Shown: in pieces, positions 36,345 through 51,419 of the stretch
Layout: the number at the start of each line of letters is the position of its first letter
How positions within the stretch are numbered: the stretch's first letter is position 1
Source of the DNA: Eledone cirrhosa
Taxonomy: Eukaryota
DNA length: 64,000 nucleotides
Assembly (NCBI GenBank): GCA_964016885.1
Contig: OZ024743.1
Span: 110,174,001 to 110,238,000 of the forward strand
Reading direction: 5' to 3'
Made by a program: the position numbers and the translations under genes
The notes under the pieces: model-generated
The model's input: only the letters and a program-made list of their open reading frames with translations
Databases searched by the model: none
What the model was told of the DNA's origin: nothing

Positions 36345-37175
36345 CTAAGGCGGGTAAAATTCCCGAGATCCATGGACGAGTTCTCTCCAGCGGTCTCTGT
36401 CCCTCATTATCGCTGCCATATCCTGCATCTCCAACAGACCAGTGTCTGTCCTTAGGGCATCAACATATGTTAACCTTGGTCTTCCACTTCTAGCGTGTCC
36501 ATGTAGGGGCTCCCAAAGGAGCACTGAGTGCAATGTCAACTCTGGATGTCGGTGAGCATGTCCAGCCAACCTCAGTCTCCTCTGTGTCACTTTTGAGCTG
36601 ACTTTTGGGATGCTCCCATACAGCTCTGAGTTTTTCATCCTCAGTGTATACTGATTAATGTTCAGAGCCATCCTCAGCATTCTCGTGTAGCACCCATCCA
36701 CCATCTGATTGAGTTTATTGGTCAGTGTCCAAGTCTCAGACCCATACAGCAGCACAGACTCCACTACAGCAATGAAGAGGCGGATTTTCAGGTCTCTACG
36801 AAGGTCCGACTTCCACACCGATCTCAAGCTGTGGCACGCCGCCCAGGCCTTGCTCTTCCTCTCAACCACATCATCCTCCGTATTCCCAATCTTTGCTCCC
36901 AAATACAGGAAGTCCTCAACCAATTCCAGCGGCTTCCCGCCTACATTAGTGATCCCCTCTGGCTTCTCAACATCCTCTACCAGATATTTTGTTTTAGACT
37001 CATTCATTCTCAGCCCCACACTCATCGACACAGTCTCAACCTCCCGCATCAAATCATCTGCCTCCTTCACTGTATTTGTCACCAAAACTATGTCATCGGC
37101 AAATTCAGCATCCGATACCTTTTTCGCCCCAACTCTCCTGCTCTGAGCCGGTGCTACAGTAAAGCCAGAGTCCTG
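36345..37175 (-). mobile_element. 5'-truncated RTE-like LINE with an open frame; the stop codon directly abuts (TA)n
   Basis: FADDIVL, GLRMNESKTK, FLYLG, VLLYGSETWTL, RRLRLAGH, GRPRLTY. Confidence 0.9.
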
Positions 37176-37330
37176 GGTATGACATTAAACTACATCCAGT
37201 GGCAAGGCTCCAGTTCGGGAGTTCAGGAGATGTGGGGAATGTGGAGTTACCCCTTAGTTGTCATGACTCCCAGGTCTGCCGTGGCCCGGGGTGGTAGTAC
37301 CTGTTAGGGCTCCATTTATGGGTTAAATAA
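37170..37330 (+). mobile_element. Second SINE-like family fragment fused back-to-back to the RTE 5' truncation
   Basis: tcctgggtatgacattaaactacatc...ggggaatgtggagt...gtggtagtacctgttaggg resembles a common octopus repeat as recalled, not verified. Confidence 0.5.
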
Positions 37331-37579
37331 CTACCTTATTCGAGTGGCGCCGGTAAGGTATTGTCAGCCATTGAAAAGAAATATGGAGAGTCAATATAAC
37401 AGCACTAGGGTTAGAGCCCCTAATTACACTGTCAAGGAGCAGCCTGGTCGTTATGACTCTGCTGGCTTAGAGCCACAGAGAGGTCCAGTGGATGATGGAT
37501 CAGCTGTCTCTGAGACAAATATATAGAATGCAGTTTTGTCCTGCAGAAGAGCCATAGAAGAGCCATCAAAATGGGCACT

Positions 37580-37644
<65 letters not shown>

Positions 37645-37767
37645 AACGAGTAGGACCCCGACGGCTGAGCTCAAGCCGTTTCGACGGCTAATTCTGGACT
37701 GTTATTAGTGCATTATGGTCAATCTGGTTCCTTACCACTGTTCCTTCGTTATATATATATACATATT

Positions 37768-37885
37768 GTAATAATAATAAATTTGAAGACTGAAATCCAA
37801 AGAGGGCTCGATAAGGATAAATATATATCAAATATATAAGAACCGTAGAGCAAATATTTATTAAACTTTAATCTGTTATTTTAAT
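37768..37885. mobile_element. Family B element with the hairpin tip deleted
   Basis: The long left arm jumps to aactttaatctgttattttaata of the right arm. Confidence 0.7.
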
Positions 37886-38405
37886 ATCATATATATAAAA
37901 ATATTTGGGTTTTTTTTTTTGAGATTTCGTATAATTATTATTACACATAATTTAATCATATCTTATTTATGAAGGAACCAAAACTATATGTAAATAATTA
38001 AGACACTGAAAGAGCTTGTGCATATTTGATATTGAAATTAGTTTTAGCTTAAACGTTTCATATTTTCAGTCTCTCACGAGAATGCCAAAGCACATTAAAT
38101 TGTCCAATGTCAATTCATATTCAGTGAAAATAGATTGCATTGTATTCTAATTACATTATTGTGCATATTAATTTCATATCAATTTGATTTTTTCAGTTCC
38201 CAAAAGAAAAATTAAATTCGATTTATTTCAAAATAATAAAAGTTTCCAATCACAAAGTGTTTAACATGTAATTGTTGAATAGTATAATCACCATATTTCT
38301 TTAAATAAAATATACGTTTTATAAGCTTCACGAAACTGGAATACCATGATGTCAATATATATATATATATATATATACAGAGAGAGAGAGGGAGAGAGAG
38401 AGAGA

Positions 38406-38490
<85 letters not shown>

Positions 38491-38899
38491 GAGATCGTAA
38501 TATCAAATTAATGCTGTAATTGACACTTACTTCAAAGATTAATTGTAGTTATATTCTGTTTTAACAAAATGTGCTATTCTTTCTGAGACACAGAACTTAC
38601 ACAATGTATTCAAAATTAGATGTCTCGCTTGTTTCCAAATTATTTCTTCATCTTCAAACCATGTATCGAACATTATACATTGTTACGGTAGAGTTTTAAC
38701 AATTCAGGAAGCAATTACTTTTTTACATTTTCTTACATTGCATGCTTTCTTCATTTCAGAGAGCGATTCTTCAATTGAAACCAACACACATTATGATATT
38801 TGGTACTTGTATTATAAATTACAACATTGATTAACTGACAACAATTTTCATGATATATTCAGCTAATTCTCCATGCACACACTTATTGAAATGGACTAG

Positions 38900-40900
38900 T
38901 ACTCCTATCAGCTAAAGCCGGGCGCCGCCTTCTGTCTGCAATTGTGGTATTAATCAACATGTTTAACTATTGCACTCTTTTCGGCCAGCCTGATCACTAT
39001 CAGGACGAATGAGGGTGCCACACGCCGCGTCGCTGTGGGCAATGTATTCTGGAGGCTGGCTGCCAGAGTGTTCTGCAGGCCTTTCACATCTGAAATGGGC
39101 GAAGTGCTTAGCTCGGTATATCTAGGGATCATTGAGTCCGGTTGGTGTGAGGAGGCTGCACATGCAGCTAGCCAGTTCTTCAACAGCTACCCATCTGAAC
39201 CGGTATCGTAGGATACACAACACTTCATTATCAAGCCTGATATGAAGAATACCTTGAACAGCCTACGCCATGACCAGCTGCTCTAAGCCTGCCTCAATCG
39301 AGCGAGTTTTGCATACTCGCGGGCCTACCTGTAGTATGAAAGCCGAAGCATGCTCCTTGCTGCTGGCACGGTCATAATTTCAGCCACTGTGGTTCGACTG
39401 TGACACTTTGGGGCCCCTTCTCTTTGCTCTTGGAATAGACCGTATTGCTCGGAACACCACGGTCCCTTTCAACATTTGGTATCTGGATGATGCCAAGTAG
39501 GGCGGGCCGTGGAGACGCTCTGTCACGACCGATTATTGATGGTTCCAGCTCTAGCGAGAAGCCGAATCGAGGTCAACTCGTCCAAGTTGGAGAAGATGAA
39601 GGCCAACCCCGAATCAGCCACAGTCTCGGATGTGCGATGAATTCTTCGCAAAGGGCAGGTGACCACCAAAGAGAATGTTGTCAACCTCGTGTCACCAACT
39701 AATCCATCGGCCATTTGCTCCATCATAAGATCCAGTCTCCAACAGTTCGCCACCCTTACAAACACACTGGGCTTAATTGACGTCATTCAAACCTCTTTCT
39801 GTTGAGCAGCGTCTTTACTCTGACGAAGCTCCTCCACACATTTCGTAGCACTCCTTGCTTCAGCACGCATCTATCCTCACTGATTTCGATACTTGTATAT
39901 GAGTGGCAGCTTATGACATATGCAACGTCAAGGGTGACGGCTGTAGATGGTAACAAGCCATGTTACCTCTTGGTGGCCTTCATCTTCTCTCTCCGGTGTC
40001 GCTGGTTTTGTTGGGGTTTCTTTCATCGGTAAGCTCATGTCGTGTGCCAACCAACAGGTTTCTCCACAGGACGACAGAACCCAATGTAATCGAGGAAAGC
40101 GAGGTCAACTGGGAGACTTGGAAATGGCTCGAGCACCTCCTTGGAAACGTCACTCCTCCTCTCCCCCTGTAAACGTCAAATACTCCCATAGTATATGGGA
40201 TGCCATCCAGTGAGACATGTCCTCGGACAGGATAGCGCAACAGGTCGACCAGCATTGCTTCGCATGTTATTGCTAGGTGAGGCAAAAACCACAGTAGTGC
40301 CTGGCTCGATGCCTTAACCTCCTTTACGACTAACACGCTGCTGGATAATGATAGCATATGTTTCAGACTTTCCTTAAGGCTCGGCCTCCAGATATGTGAG
40401 CCACACAAATGTTACTGTGGATACACCGTAGGCTCTTTCAGCCTCCACCCGCTGTCCCGTCTCTACAGTACCGGCCACCTTCCACGCCATGCCGCTCTCA
40501 ACGAAGTCATAAATCATGGCTCGGATGCTCTAAACTTCCTCTTGCAACATGATCCGCGGGGCCGGACCGGATGGACGGCAAATGTCGAGAAAACATGACC
40601 ATTTTCCCCTTCCGCTGTGATAAATCCCTCATTCATCGAAACTTTCTCCATCAACAACCTGCATCAGTTTGTGAATAACCCAGGCCCTGTCTCACTCCGC
40701 AGCCGAGTGCGTTTCATTGGTGTCTTCTGGTGCCCTTGGCTCCTTGACTAGCTACCTACTCACCACCATCGGCACGGAGTTGACTAACAGCTGGTGTAAG
40801 CATCGCCAGCTGGAATTACTCGTCCAACACGTTTCCCCATCATCCTCCGCCGAAACGCCTACTCTATTCCGTCCAACGGGGCTGCGTGGCGGCAAACGGT
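38900..40900 (+). pseudogene. Degenerate CRE-clade RLE non-LTR retrotransposon
   Basis: Across frames: RRVAVGNVFWRLAAR, GWCEEAAHA, DMKNTLNSLR, GPLLFALGI, WYLDD, AWLDAL, LRLGLQICEPHKCYCG, RHAALNEVI. Confidence 0.8.
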
Positions 40901-42864
40901 TAGGCGCCTATTTGCTGATAATAGTTACAGATGGAGAGCATGGGAGAGAAGGAAGCAAAGGCATGCGTGTTTGGTTTCTTTGTGTTCGGACATGGTATAT
41001 ATATATATATATATATGTATTTATCACACTACATCAATACTTCACATGAACTTCAGTTTAAATAACTGTAAATAGAACATAAGGTCGGTGATTGCAGGTA
41101 GGTGTTGGGGCATTACTTAACACAATTTCTTAGATACAATTATGTTGGCTGGCTCTTTGATAAACAAAACCGATCAGCTAAGAATTTAACAGATTTGCAC
41201 AGGTATGTGAGGTGGGCCTCTTCACAACAGTACCATTTACAAACTAAGCGATCTGCGTATAATTGATATGGCTTTGTGTTCCTACATTAATTGAAATATT
41301 TTTTCATTGCCTTCTTGAGAGTTGTTTCCGATTTCATATCATTTGGTTCTTCGACTAATATCCTAATTTCCTGGGAGTGTAGGATAGAGTCATCGTCACT
41401 TTTGCCTTCATCGTATATTGCAAATCAATTTGATAATAAGAATCAACAAAGAAGAATAAATCCATTCGAAGAATATTTTAAAAATAAAATATGAAACTCA
41501 GTAGATTCTGTTTAACTTAAGATAATGTGTCATCTATCATTGATACCGTTCTCTTACAAGTCTCTTCGCAACACAAAGTATATGTCAGAGATTATGTTTC
41601 TCTTCAAATAGCATGAGCTTTAGAGAGAAAAAATGTTTGAGTTGTGCAATATTATGTTAAATATAATTATTAAATATCAGACAGGGAGTTCCGCAAAATA
41701 CATAAAACAAACAGTAATGTATTGGTACTAAATCCGAAGAAGAAATTGTACGTCTTATTTTTTAGAGAGATGTATATAGCCAAACAAAAATAGCACAATA
41801 TAAATAATACTCCGTGCTGTTTAGCCCAGTGTAAACCTCATTACAAAATATTGTTTGATTTCAAATAGCTACAAAATCGTTTTCATCTGGTTCATGTTCA
41901 AGACATATTTAATAGGATCATGTTATAAATGATCCACATTTGGAATTGCGTTCATACCATATATAATTTTAGTATATATATCTTTTCTCAAAATAAGGAA
42001 TTCGAAATTCATGAAACACTTCGTATTTCATTTCAACATGATAAAATGCCAGAGGAAATTTGTCAGAACTATTATTTAGTAGAGATAATTTATTATTTTA
42101 AGCCAAAGAAGGAAAAGAGATATTTGAATAAATGTTGAAGAATTGAATGGAAACAGAAGTTTTGAAATAAGAACTGCCAATTCAGAAAAGATAATACAGG
42201 CGTAGCAAGTTGAATTACAAGTAGAGCTTGAGGAAAACAAACGTCGTAGACTGCTGTAACTTCACATGTTAATGTCATACAATGGAATTAGTACATTTGT
42301 TTGGTAGCTTTAAAAATTATATTAGCTACTCCATCATCTTATGAATATATTATAAATTATTTGAAAATGCATATCCTTTTTCGAACCAAACTGTATGCAT
42401 TCTTTTGTCCATCATTGCCATTAATAATAGATAGGATAGGATGAATGATAATGTTGGTCATGAATAGATCATCCCTAGTTACACCGAATGAATAGAATAA
42501 AAACTAAGATGTTTAAAAAATAGGGTAATATTTAAATTCTTTTTATACATAACATTTTTCAAAACTAATTTCTGCTTTAGAAATTCTATTGTTGAATTAA
42601 AGTATATTTTTTTAATTTAATCTTTTATTCGAATTTCCGTTACTTTATGAGCAATTTACAGATATTTATTTTTTTAATGACAAGATATATATGACTTTTC
42701 AGAGACACGCATACATATTTTCATATACACTTACGAATTTGAACAATATAACAATGTAATTTTTGTTTCTATTCATATCTATACATACACAAATTACACC
42801 CCTCAACACACATGCACTAACACGCTCATAAGCACAGACAAATATATATATATATATATATATA

Positions 42865-42957
<93 letters not shown>

Positions 42958-42992
42958 CACAAACACATACAAACACAGATATGTGTATATAT

Positions 42993-43247
42993 ATACGATA
43001 TCAACAAATGGAAAGTATATTTATAAAACCATATTTATTTCATTATACATATTTCAAGGACAGCAAAGTAAATTATGGTGTGCTTTCATCAGATAAAATA
43101 TAATATAGAGCAGTTTTATAAATAAATATTGACATACCCTTAAAGAATGCAACCATTACTGTTGGAAGCTCCCTTCGTGTCCTTGAAATATGTATAATGA
43201 AATAAATATGGTTTTATAAATATAGCTTCCATGTGTTAATATCGTAT
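42993..43247. mobile_element. Fold-back element (about 70 bp arms) with a minus-strand hammerhead at 43038-43098
   Basis: Minus strand: ttttat CTGATGA aag...ctt GAAA tatgta TA atgaaa. Confidence 0.75.
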
Positions 43248-43411
43248 TTTTACTCCAATTATTTGTTGAGCGCTTTATATCAGTTATAAAAATATTATAT
43301 TTGCTTGTTGCATCCCAACAATTTAAATAGTACTTTTACATATATACATATCACAAACACATACAAACACACACACACACACATACACATACACAGATAT
43401 ATATATATGTA

Positions 43412-43555
<144 letters not shown>

Positions 43556-44022
43556 TAGATAGATATTTAGATATACATGTGTGCTAATGTGCATATTTAT
43601 AAATATATATGTATACAAATGCGTATGCTGACCCTGAGTATGTTTGCAGTATATGCACACATTAAGAGGTTAACATTACCATCACACTATGTTATAACCT
43701 TTTTGAACATACTGTCACGTTGACGTAAATGCAGGCATCATACAATAAAAACACTCGTACCACATGCTTACATATTAGTGCATTTGAATATTTTAATCCA
43801 ATTCATGTATTTTAAATGGCTGAAATTTCCATTCATGTTTGTTTCCATAAAATATTCGATTTTTCATATAATAATATATTTTTGCATGACAAAATATTTT
43901 AACAATATCGATGGATCTGCATTTGTCTTTATCTTTAATATTTCTGTTATGTTTCACTACATATTCACATACAGAAATGCTGCAGAGAAACACAAAATCA
44001 CACATCCACACATACGTATCTG

Positions 44023-44053
<31 letters not shown>

Positions 44054-44108
44054 CTGTGTCTGTGTGTGCGTGTGTATGAGTAAATATATGTCGGTATATA
44101 TACATATA

Positions 44109-44254
<146 letters not shown>

Positions 44255-45098
44255 CTGCATATACAAAAGAGCAAACACTAATTACCATATATAAATAGAA
44301 TGAAATATACTCGCATCCAAGCATACGAAAACCCATATTGTATGCATGTCTTTCTGCAAGAATGTTGTTTGCTATCTCTCATGTATGAGGATGTAGATTA
44401 TATTTCAATAATTTATGCCACTCCTCACTCTTTCACCTATACTTGTATGAATGGGAGTATTGATTGTTAGAATGAAGTTGAAGCTCCATAACTGTATTTC
44501 AAACCGTTATGAATTGACCACTGAATATTGCTGTTGACAACACTATTATGCCACTAAAACGAAGTATGATACTTTGATATAAATAGAAGGGTACGTGCAA
44601 GTAAGTATACTCTGTTAAATATTTTTACCAATGTCCATACTTGAGAGAATCGATGTCTTTTGATTCAGAGTTATTTTGTATAGAAGGGAGTAACATTTTT
44701 TTTATATTTTGCTAAAGTATTTTATCGCAAAATGAAATATAAATGTTGGATATAGAATTGTCTCACCGAAATTATCGGATAAATATTATGGATGCCTATT
44801 TTGAAATCAGACAAATAATTGTCAGTTAGAATATATATAGAGGGAAACAGCATTATTACATTGCTAGTAATGTGTTTATCTACAATATACAGCTAAGATG
44901 TGTGTCTTCGTAAGTGTATAATATAATCAATACATTAAAGTTTATGTACGAATATTTAAAACGTAATGGATTTAGTATAAACTTATCTAATCTTCTGCAT
45001 CTCCTACTATCTATCTACGCTTATACATATCAACACACACAATATGCATACATATATACACAGACACATATACATATATACACATACACACACACACA

Positions 45099-45147
<49 letters not shown>

Positions 45148-45600
45148 GGTGGCAGCCAACTCGTTTTCGAGTACGGCCACTACATTATATACATGTAGGA
45201 GAACTCCTACCGATGCGCTGAACGAGTGTGACTTTTTAGTCCAGCCAGCGACTTGAAAACTCTGGTACATGAAGCTTTTATAGCGAGCCAAGGCACTGCG
45301 CAAAGCCAGTCCCACTCTCTTAACCAATATGATATTTACCAAAAAGAAGAACAAATCAACATCATTGGATACCATCAGGGTTGTAGGTGTTATATCAGAG
45401 TTTTACTTCTCCTAGAATTCTGCCTTGACAAAGGCTAAGGGGTCATCTATCCCGGTGATTTTGGATGGCCATTGACTCTTAAGAGCTCCTTTTCCCTTTG
45501 ATAGGTTTTGTCTTTAGTGCAGCAGGATGTCCAAAGTCACCCGCCTAACCAAGAAACCTTGGTGGGGTTGCCAGTTTAGTCGCCAACGACCCGACCATGT
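45148..45600 (-). mobile_element. GC-richer repeat, probably a LINE (RTE-like) 5' UTR, beginning with an HDV-like ribozyme 3' half
   Basis: Minus: atggtc GG gtcg ttgg cga CTAA actgg; flanked by (TA)n. Confidence 0.4.
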
Positions 45601-45602
45601 AC

Positions 45603-45700
<98 letters not shown>

Positions 45701-45732
45701 TAATATAGGTTAATATATATATATGCACACAG

Positions 45733-45767
<35 letters not shown>

Positions 45768-47758
45768 CTTATATATTATATATAAACATGTGTGTGTGTC
45801 TGTGTGGGCGTGTGTATGTGTGTGTATCTAACTGTCAAAGTATACACTGTAAACTTCGCTGAATAAATCCTAGTATATTATTGATAGATGAAATGATACA
45901 CGAAGTTCGGCACCATTCGTATTTTGGATGAAATGTATGTAAATATTGATTGTTTGAAACATTTTTCCAATACGCAAATTATATTGTGTATGAAGAAAAT
46001 AAATGTGTTTTAACATATATATTATAGTTGATTGAATCTGTATAATATATATTGCTAGAACCAATTTTATTAACGTAAATAATAAAAGATGAAGACAGCA
46101 CGAAATTGATTGGAATTTATTCCGTTCGAGTATTTCTAACATATATGCATGTTTTTATTTTTTATTTAGCGTATTGCCTACATTTATTTTACACATAATA
46201 CACATTGCTAGTTGGCTCAATAATTACAATCCCTCTGTAGATGTGTTGATAAAAGACCCATTCCAATGGTCATACATTAGATGTCCATGTCTATGGAGTC
46301 TAGATACTATAGCACAAGGACAATGATGCTATTAACCTTCGGTGAATTACCAAATATATTCATTGTAACACTCTTCATGTTTAAATACGGCTTGATACTC
46401 AATTGATATCAACACTAATAAAAAACATTATTCCCTCTATTTAGTTAAGTTCCTTTACCTTCTGAACATACTCAGTTTTACAATTTCATCATATATTATT
46501 TAGAAACTAGCAATATACTATGAGTATATTATAATAAACTACTCATCTCAAGATAATTAAAAAATACATCCGTAAAACGTTATTACAAAATACCTTTTTA
46601 AGATTTATTGTCATCAGAGAAATGTTACAATGTAACTATTTACATTTAGATGATGCATGATTGAGGCGCCCTGTGAACACAGCCTTCCAACATCGTATAT
46701 TAATCTAAACCTTTTCTGGTGACTTCAGTTTTAAAGGAAGTAGAATAACATTTGAATTTCGTCTGCTAGCTCTAGCAATTGGAGCAAAGGCGAAGATGTA
46801 CATTTTATACGTTTGCTCTGTATAAGCAATATTCAAATATACTATAATCTATTAGGATAATATCTGGTATAACGTCAATAGAATCAGTGATACTCAATTA
46901 TTGAAGATCATATTGTCAAATGAATTCCAAGATCTCAGAATTTATTTGTGCGGATATATGTGCATTGAGTTACATGATGGCCACTGTTATGATTGGTATA
47001 ATGTTTGCTCTAAATATAATAGTTTCAGCAAGATCTGGAGGCGCCTATCGACAATATTGATGAACTTTACACTCGTAAGTGTGCCATTCTATACTGTAAG
47101 ACAATCATACTTGAAATATAATATATTCCTCTAAAATAATGCGCTCAAATGCACAGTACATCGAAACAAATAATGTCTGGTAGTTTAAGATGCGTGATAT
47201 TGACAAACGACTCTCAAATTATACATTACGAATGTTTAAAAAATGACATTTTTTTCGTCTGGCAGAGCTGCATTGTTGCTAACAGCAATGTCATGACAAT
47301 GAAGTGAATGATCCGAGATCCTCTTAATTAAGTGGGTATATGTGGTTTTAAAACAAAACCGTCCATAACAATAAATATAAATTTCTCACATGAGCAAAAG
47401 TCAAACTATATTTAGGGAGTCTATAGATGGAGCTTCAGCATGTTAGTGGATATAAATTAATCATTGTGGGTACAGTTCAAATATGAAGTTCACCCCGACG
47501 AAATATGAACTCACGCTATTGATACGCGTCTAATTAACACACGCCATTTATAGAGATTCTAAATGAATTCTACAATGTGCCATCTACGAACCTCCATTTA
47601 TGTTATAATGAAGTCTATAACGATTTAAAATTTCCATTAATTTGTCTCTCATTGAAACTATTCAAGTTTTCATTATTTTTTTATACGATAATGATAATAA
47701 TATCAATAATAACAACATCAATAATAATAATATTATTAATAATAATAATAATAATAAC

Positions 47759-47805
<47 letters not shown>

Positions 47806-49082
47806 GTTATTATTATTAGTAGTAACATTATCATTATTATGGCACTCGATTACTTGAGATGTTTTTTACCGTCATTGCTGAATGGTTCATTAATTGATGA
47901 TTTCAGACACCAAACGTCGGATAATTGGCACACTTGTTTTGTGTCCTTTCATATATGTTTCAACGCAGTGTGAGAAGAAGACAACGATACAGTGAAAGTG
48001 TTACAATAATGTGTCATACTGTTCATGCAGTTTCGTTTCATACCAAGTTTAATTATTTCTTGAAATAAATCTTAATTTCAGCCAAAATTGGAATGATAAT
48101 ATAAATTAACATGCAATACTGTCGAAGGTTTGTCATATAAGATTTAGTAGTAATAGACATATTCGATTAAATGTTCCGTCTTATTAGTGGTTTTTGTATT
48201 TGAACAAGTGCAGTAATAATTTCTTCAATTGTTATTCATTTCTTCTTCTGTCTTCAGTAATATGGAAGGACATTTCATCGAGTTTCTTTTATCCCATTAT
48301 CTATACACATGATTAAACCAGTCGCATAGTTGATCGATAATGATATTACAAATGTGTTTATTTTTTTATTTTACAAATTTCTTCATATCTTTTAAAAATA
48401 GAAATCCTTCCACAGGAAATATGAACTAAACTGCTTCTTCTCTGACATTTTCAGTTAGAAACAAATCTTCGTTGAATTCCAGAAGCCAGCTCAAAATAGG
48501 TAACTTCTAACTAATAGAAACAGATGTTTGATGATATCTCTATGTCAAGTAAAAAGTATTATACGATAACGTTTCAAGAGACACTGAATATTGTAATTGA
48601 ATAATTAATTAATATGTCAACTACATATTTTATAGTAATGTGATTCTCGGTTTTGGATTTTAACTATAATTTAACGTCTTGTTGGTCACATTCAGATCGC
48701 CTTACGCCAATTGTTTCATATACAAATAAAGACGTTTTTTAATAGAGAAATTTCAATCATATGTGCATTTATGTCAGCGTATTAATCGTTAGTAGTAATA
48801 GGAAAATATACAATATATTTTCAAATTCAACTATATAAGTGTCAGAGACGTGTCACTACTTATATTCTTATTTTTCAGTTGATTTATATTATTTACCGTT
48901 TATTTCACTACGTGCTTTTTACATTTTGCACACATATTTACATTTACGTTGTACATAATATCACTTATATGCTATAAGTCGTTATAATTTAAAATTGATT
49001 TACATAAATTCATTAGCCTAATAATTCTCATGACAGTATTTTCGTAGACTCATTGTAAATTTTATTCCAAATGATTAATATT

Positions 49083-49266
49083 ATGGCAGTATCGGTAGAG
49101 GGTATGACGCCATGCTTTGCAGCAAAGTGTTACGGCCCTTTATGATATGAGTTCAAACCCCGCCGAGGTTAACTTTGCCTTTCATCCTTACGGGGTCGAC
49201 AAAAAAAGTACCAGTAATACATTGGTTAATTGCTGGCCTTGTGCCAAAAGTAGAAACAATTATTAT
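49083..49266 (+). mobile_element. tRNA-derived SINE
   Basis: Same family as 35774-35955. Confidence 0.9.
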
Positions 49267-49684
49267 CGTACACACGTACTTACTATCTTGCATTTCAGGA
49301 ATATGGTAATAATAATACAATTTAGATAATTGTGTCTGTAATAATTTTTAAATTTCATAATATGCGATAATGTTTCTCATTTAGTTGAATTTGCACGCAT
49401 ATATCACGTCAAATAATTCCATTTCTAAGAAAGGTGACATGTACTTCAAACCCATATTGGAATTATATATATATATGTTTGAAACTAGCTGTTGAAACTG
49501 CAAGAGGTCAGCCGTAGATGTCCTGACACTTTATAATATATACCATACTTTACTACCCCTAGAATCGAGTAGACTGGTGAGTAATGGTTTAAGTTTCAAG
49601 CTGAATTCATCTCTCTCTCTATATATATATATATATATAGTGACGAAACATAAATCAATTGCATGAACTCATAATCCTTTATTT

Positions 49685-49740
49685 ACTGCTATATATATTT
49701 CGATGATAGCCATTGAATGGCTATGACCTCATCAGACAGT
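49685..49740 (-). ncRNA. Type I hammerhead ribozyme motif
   Basis: actgt CTGATGA ggtcatagccat tca atggctatcatc GAAA tatata TA gcagt. Confidence 0.8.
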
Positions 49741-49817
49741 TAGTCAGTTCTTAGATATGCCAGCTCTGTGTGTATAGTGTTGATGGTATCAGAGCCTTGG
49801 GATATGTATATATATAT

Positions 49818-50495
49818 ATGTAGAGACAAAAATATAGTGTACATAGGTGAGACAGCTCGTAGTATAGGGGAACGGATAAATGAACACTGGCGATACCTTC
49901 AAGATAGTAAAGAATCATCTGTTCTCTACCAACATGCTAAAATAGAACATAAGGGTAAATTAGAGAACATAGAAATAAAAATAGAATCTACACACAGAAA
50001 AGACGCAATGTTTAGACAAATCACAGAGGCAATAAACATAAATGAATTACAACCAAAATTAAATAGAAAACATGAGTGGAACAGCAACATCACAACTTAC
50101 AATTAAGGACAAGATGAAAACACACACGCACATAGAACAAACAACCAACCCGTAACATGTAAATAAACAAATAAATAAACGAATATAAACACACACATAC
50201 ACCCGGATGTGGCGCATGCCCAGACTGAGCACACAACACACACACAGAAACAAGATGGCGTAAGACAGAAGAAAAGAGAGCCACAAAAACAAAGAAAAAA
50301 TCCCTAGTCACTGAAGAGGTCACATAATGTGTGACGAAAGAACTTTGACAATATATAAGCAACCATCTGGTTGTCGATCTAACCAACCAACCGGACATTT
50401 ATGAATTCCTAAATTTATAAATTTATTATAATAAATTGAAGTGAAAGCAACTTGTGCGTGTGTTTCTTATTGGCAACATGACCCTCCAAAAGTAT

Positions 50496-50500
<5 letters not shown>
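49818..50500 (+). mobile_element. Penelope family A 3' fragment (GIY-YIG plus pLTR with HHR 50306-50349)
   Basis: VYIGETARSIGERINEH...RQITEAINI..LQPKLN; near-identical to 58418-59119. Confidence 0.9.
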
Positions 50501-50577
<77 letters not shown>

Positions 50578-50579
50578 GA

Positions 50580-51300
50580 GTTCGAGAGAAATACAGAGGA
50601 TATCAAGGATAAAACAACATGAAGATGGCGCAAGCAAGGTGAATTGAAGCCTACTATTGAAGGCCATATAGTTGCAGCAAAAGATCAATCTCTTGCTACC
50701 TATTCAGTGGCACTTCAGTGGAAAGTGTAAATCTCGTGCTATGAGGATGTGAGTATATATGCGCCAAAAAATACAAGTGATAAAGTATGCCATGATAAAG
50801 TCTGATTTTACAATTATTGGCAGTTATGAAAACACCAATATGAGGTAATAACGAATTGGAAATAAAGGATATTCTCGGGGTTTTGTTTACAAATTGATGG
50901 AGTAACAGGACAGTGTCGTATTGAATAAGAAAGATTGATGCTGTCAGATCATAGGCGTAGCCATACTATATATCATAGATATTAGGGATAACGATGTTAT
51001 CACCAAGTACTCCCAATTGAAAGTGTAGAAGGTACGACTGTTTAGAATACGAGACACCAACGTAAACGTGAAATTGGTTGTTATCGGGATATTAGAGTCA
51101 ATCCCATTGCAACTCCAAAACAACTTAAAACGGTTAGCAATAATATGCAAGATAGGTGTCATAGAAGAATAATCCATGCTAGGTACTGCGTACATTTTAA
51201 GTAGTATCTGTCTGATGTCCTTGTTGTGACTTCACAGATGACTATATACTGAGGTGCATTTTCCATCTACACTGCGTGACAAAATGAACAATAATGAAAA
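50580..51300 (+). mobile_element. Old degenerate R4/Dong-like 3' fragment followed by a (TAG)n tract
   Basis: GELKPTIEGHIVAAKDQSLAT and MLGTAYIL match the C-terminus of the younger copies. Confidence 0.65.
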
Positions 51301-51375
51301 AAAAAATATTAATAGCAACAGAGATCACACTTCTAGTAGTGGCAATATTAGTAGTAGTGGCGGCATTAATAGTAA

Positions 51376-51419
<44 letters not shown>

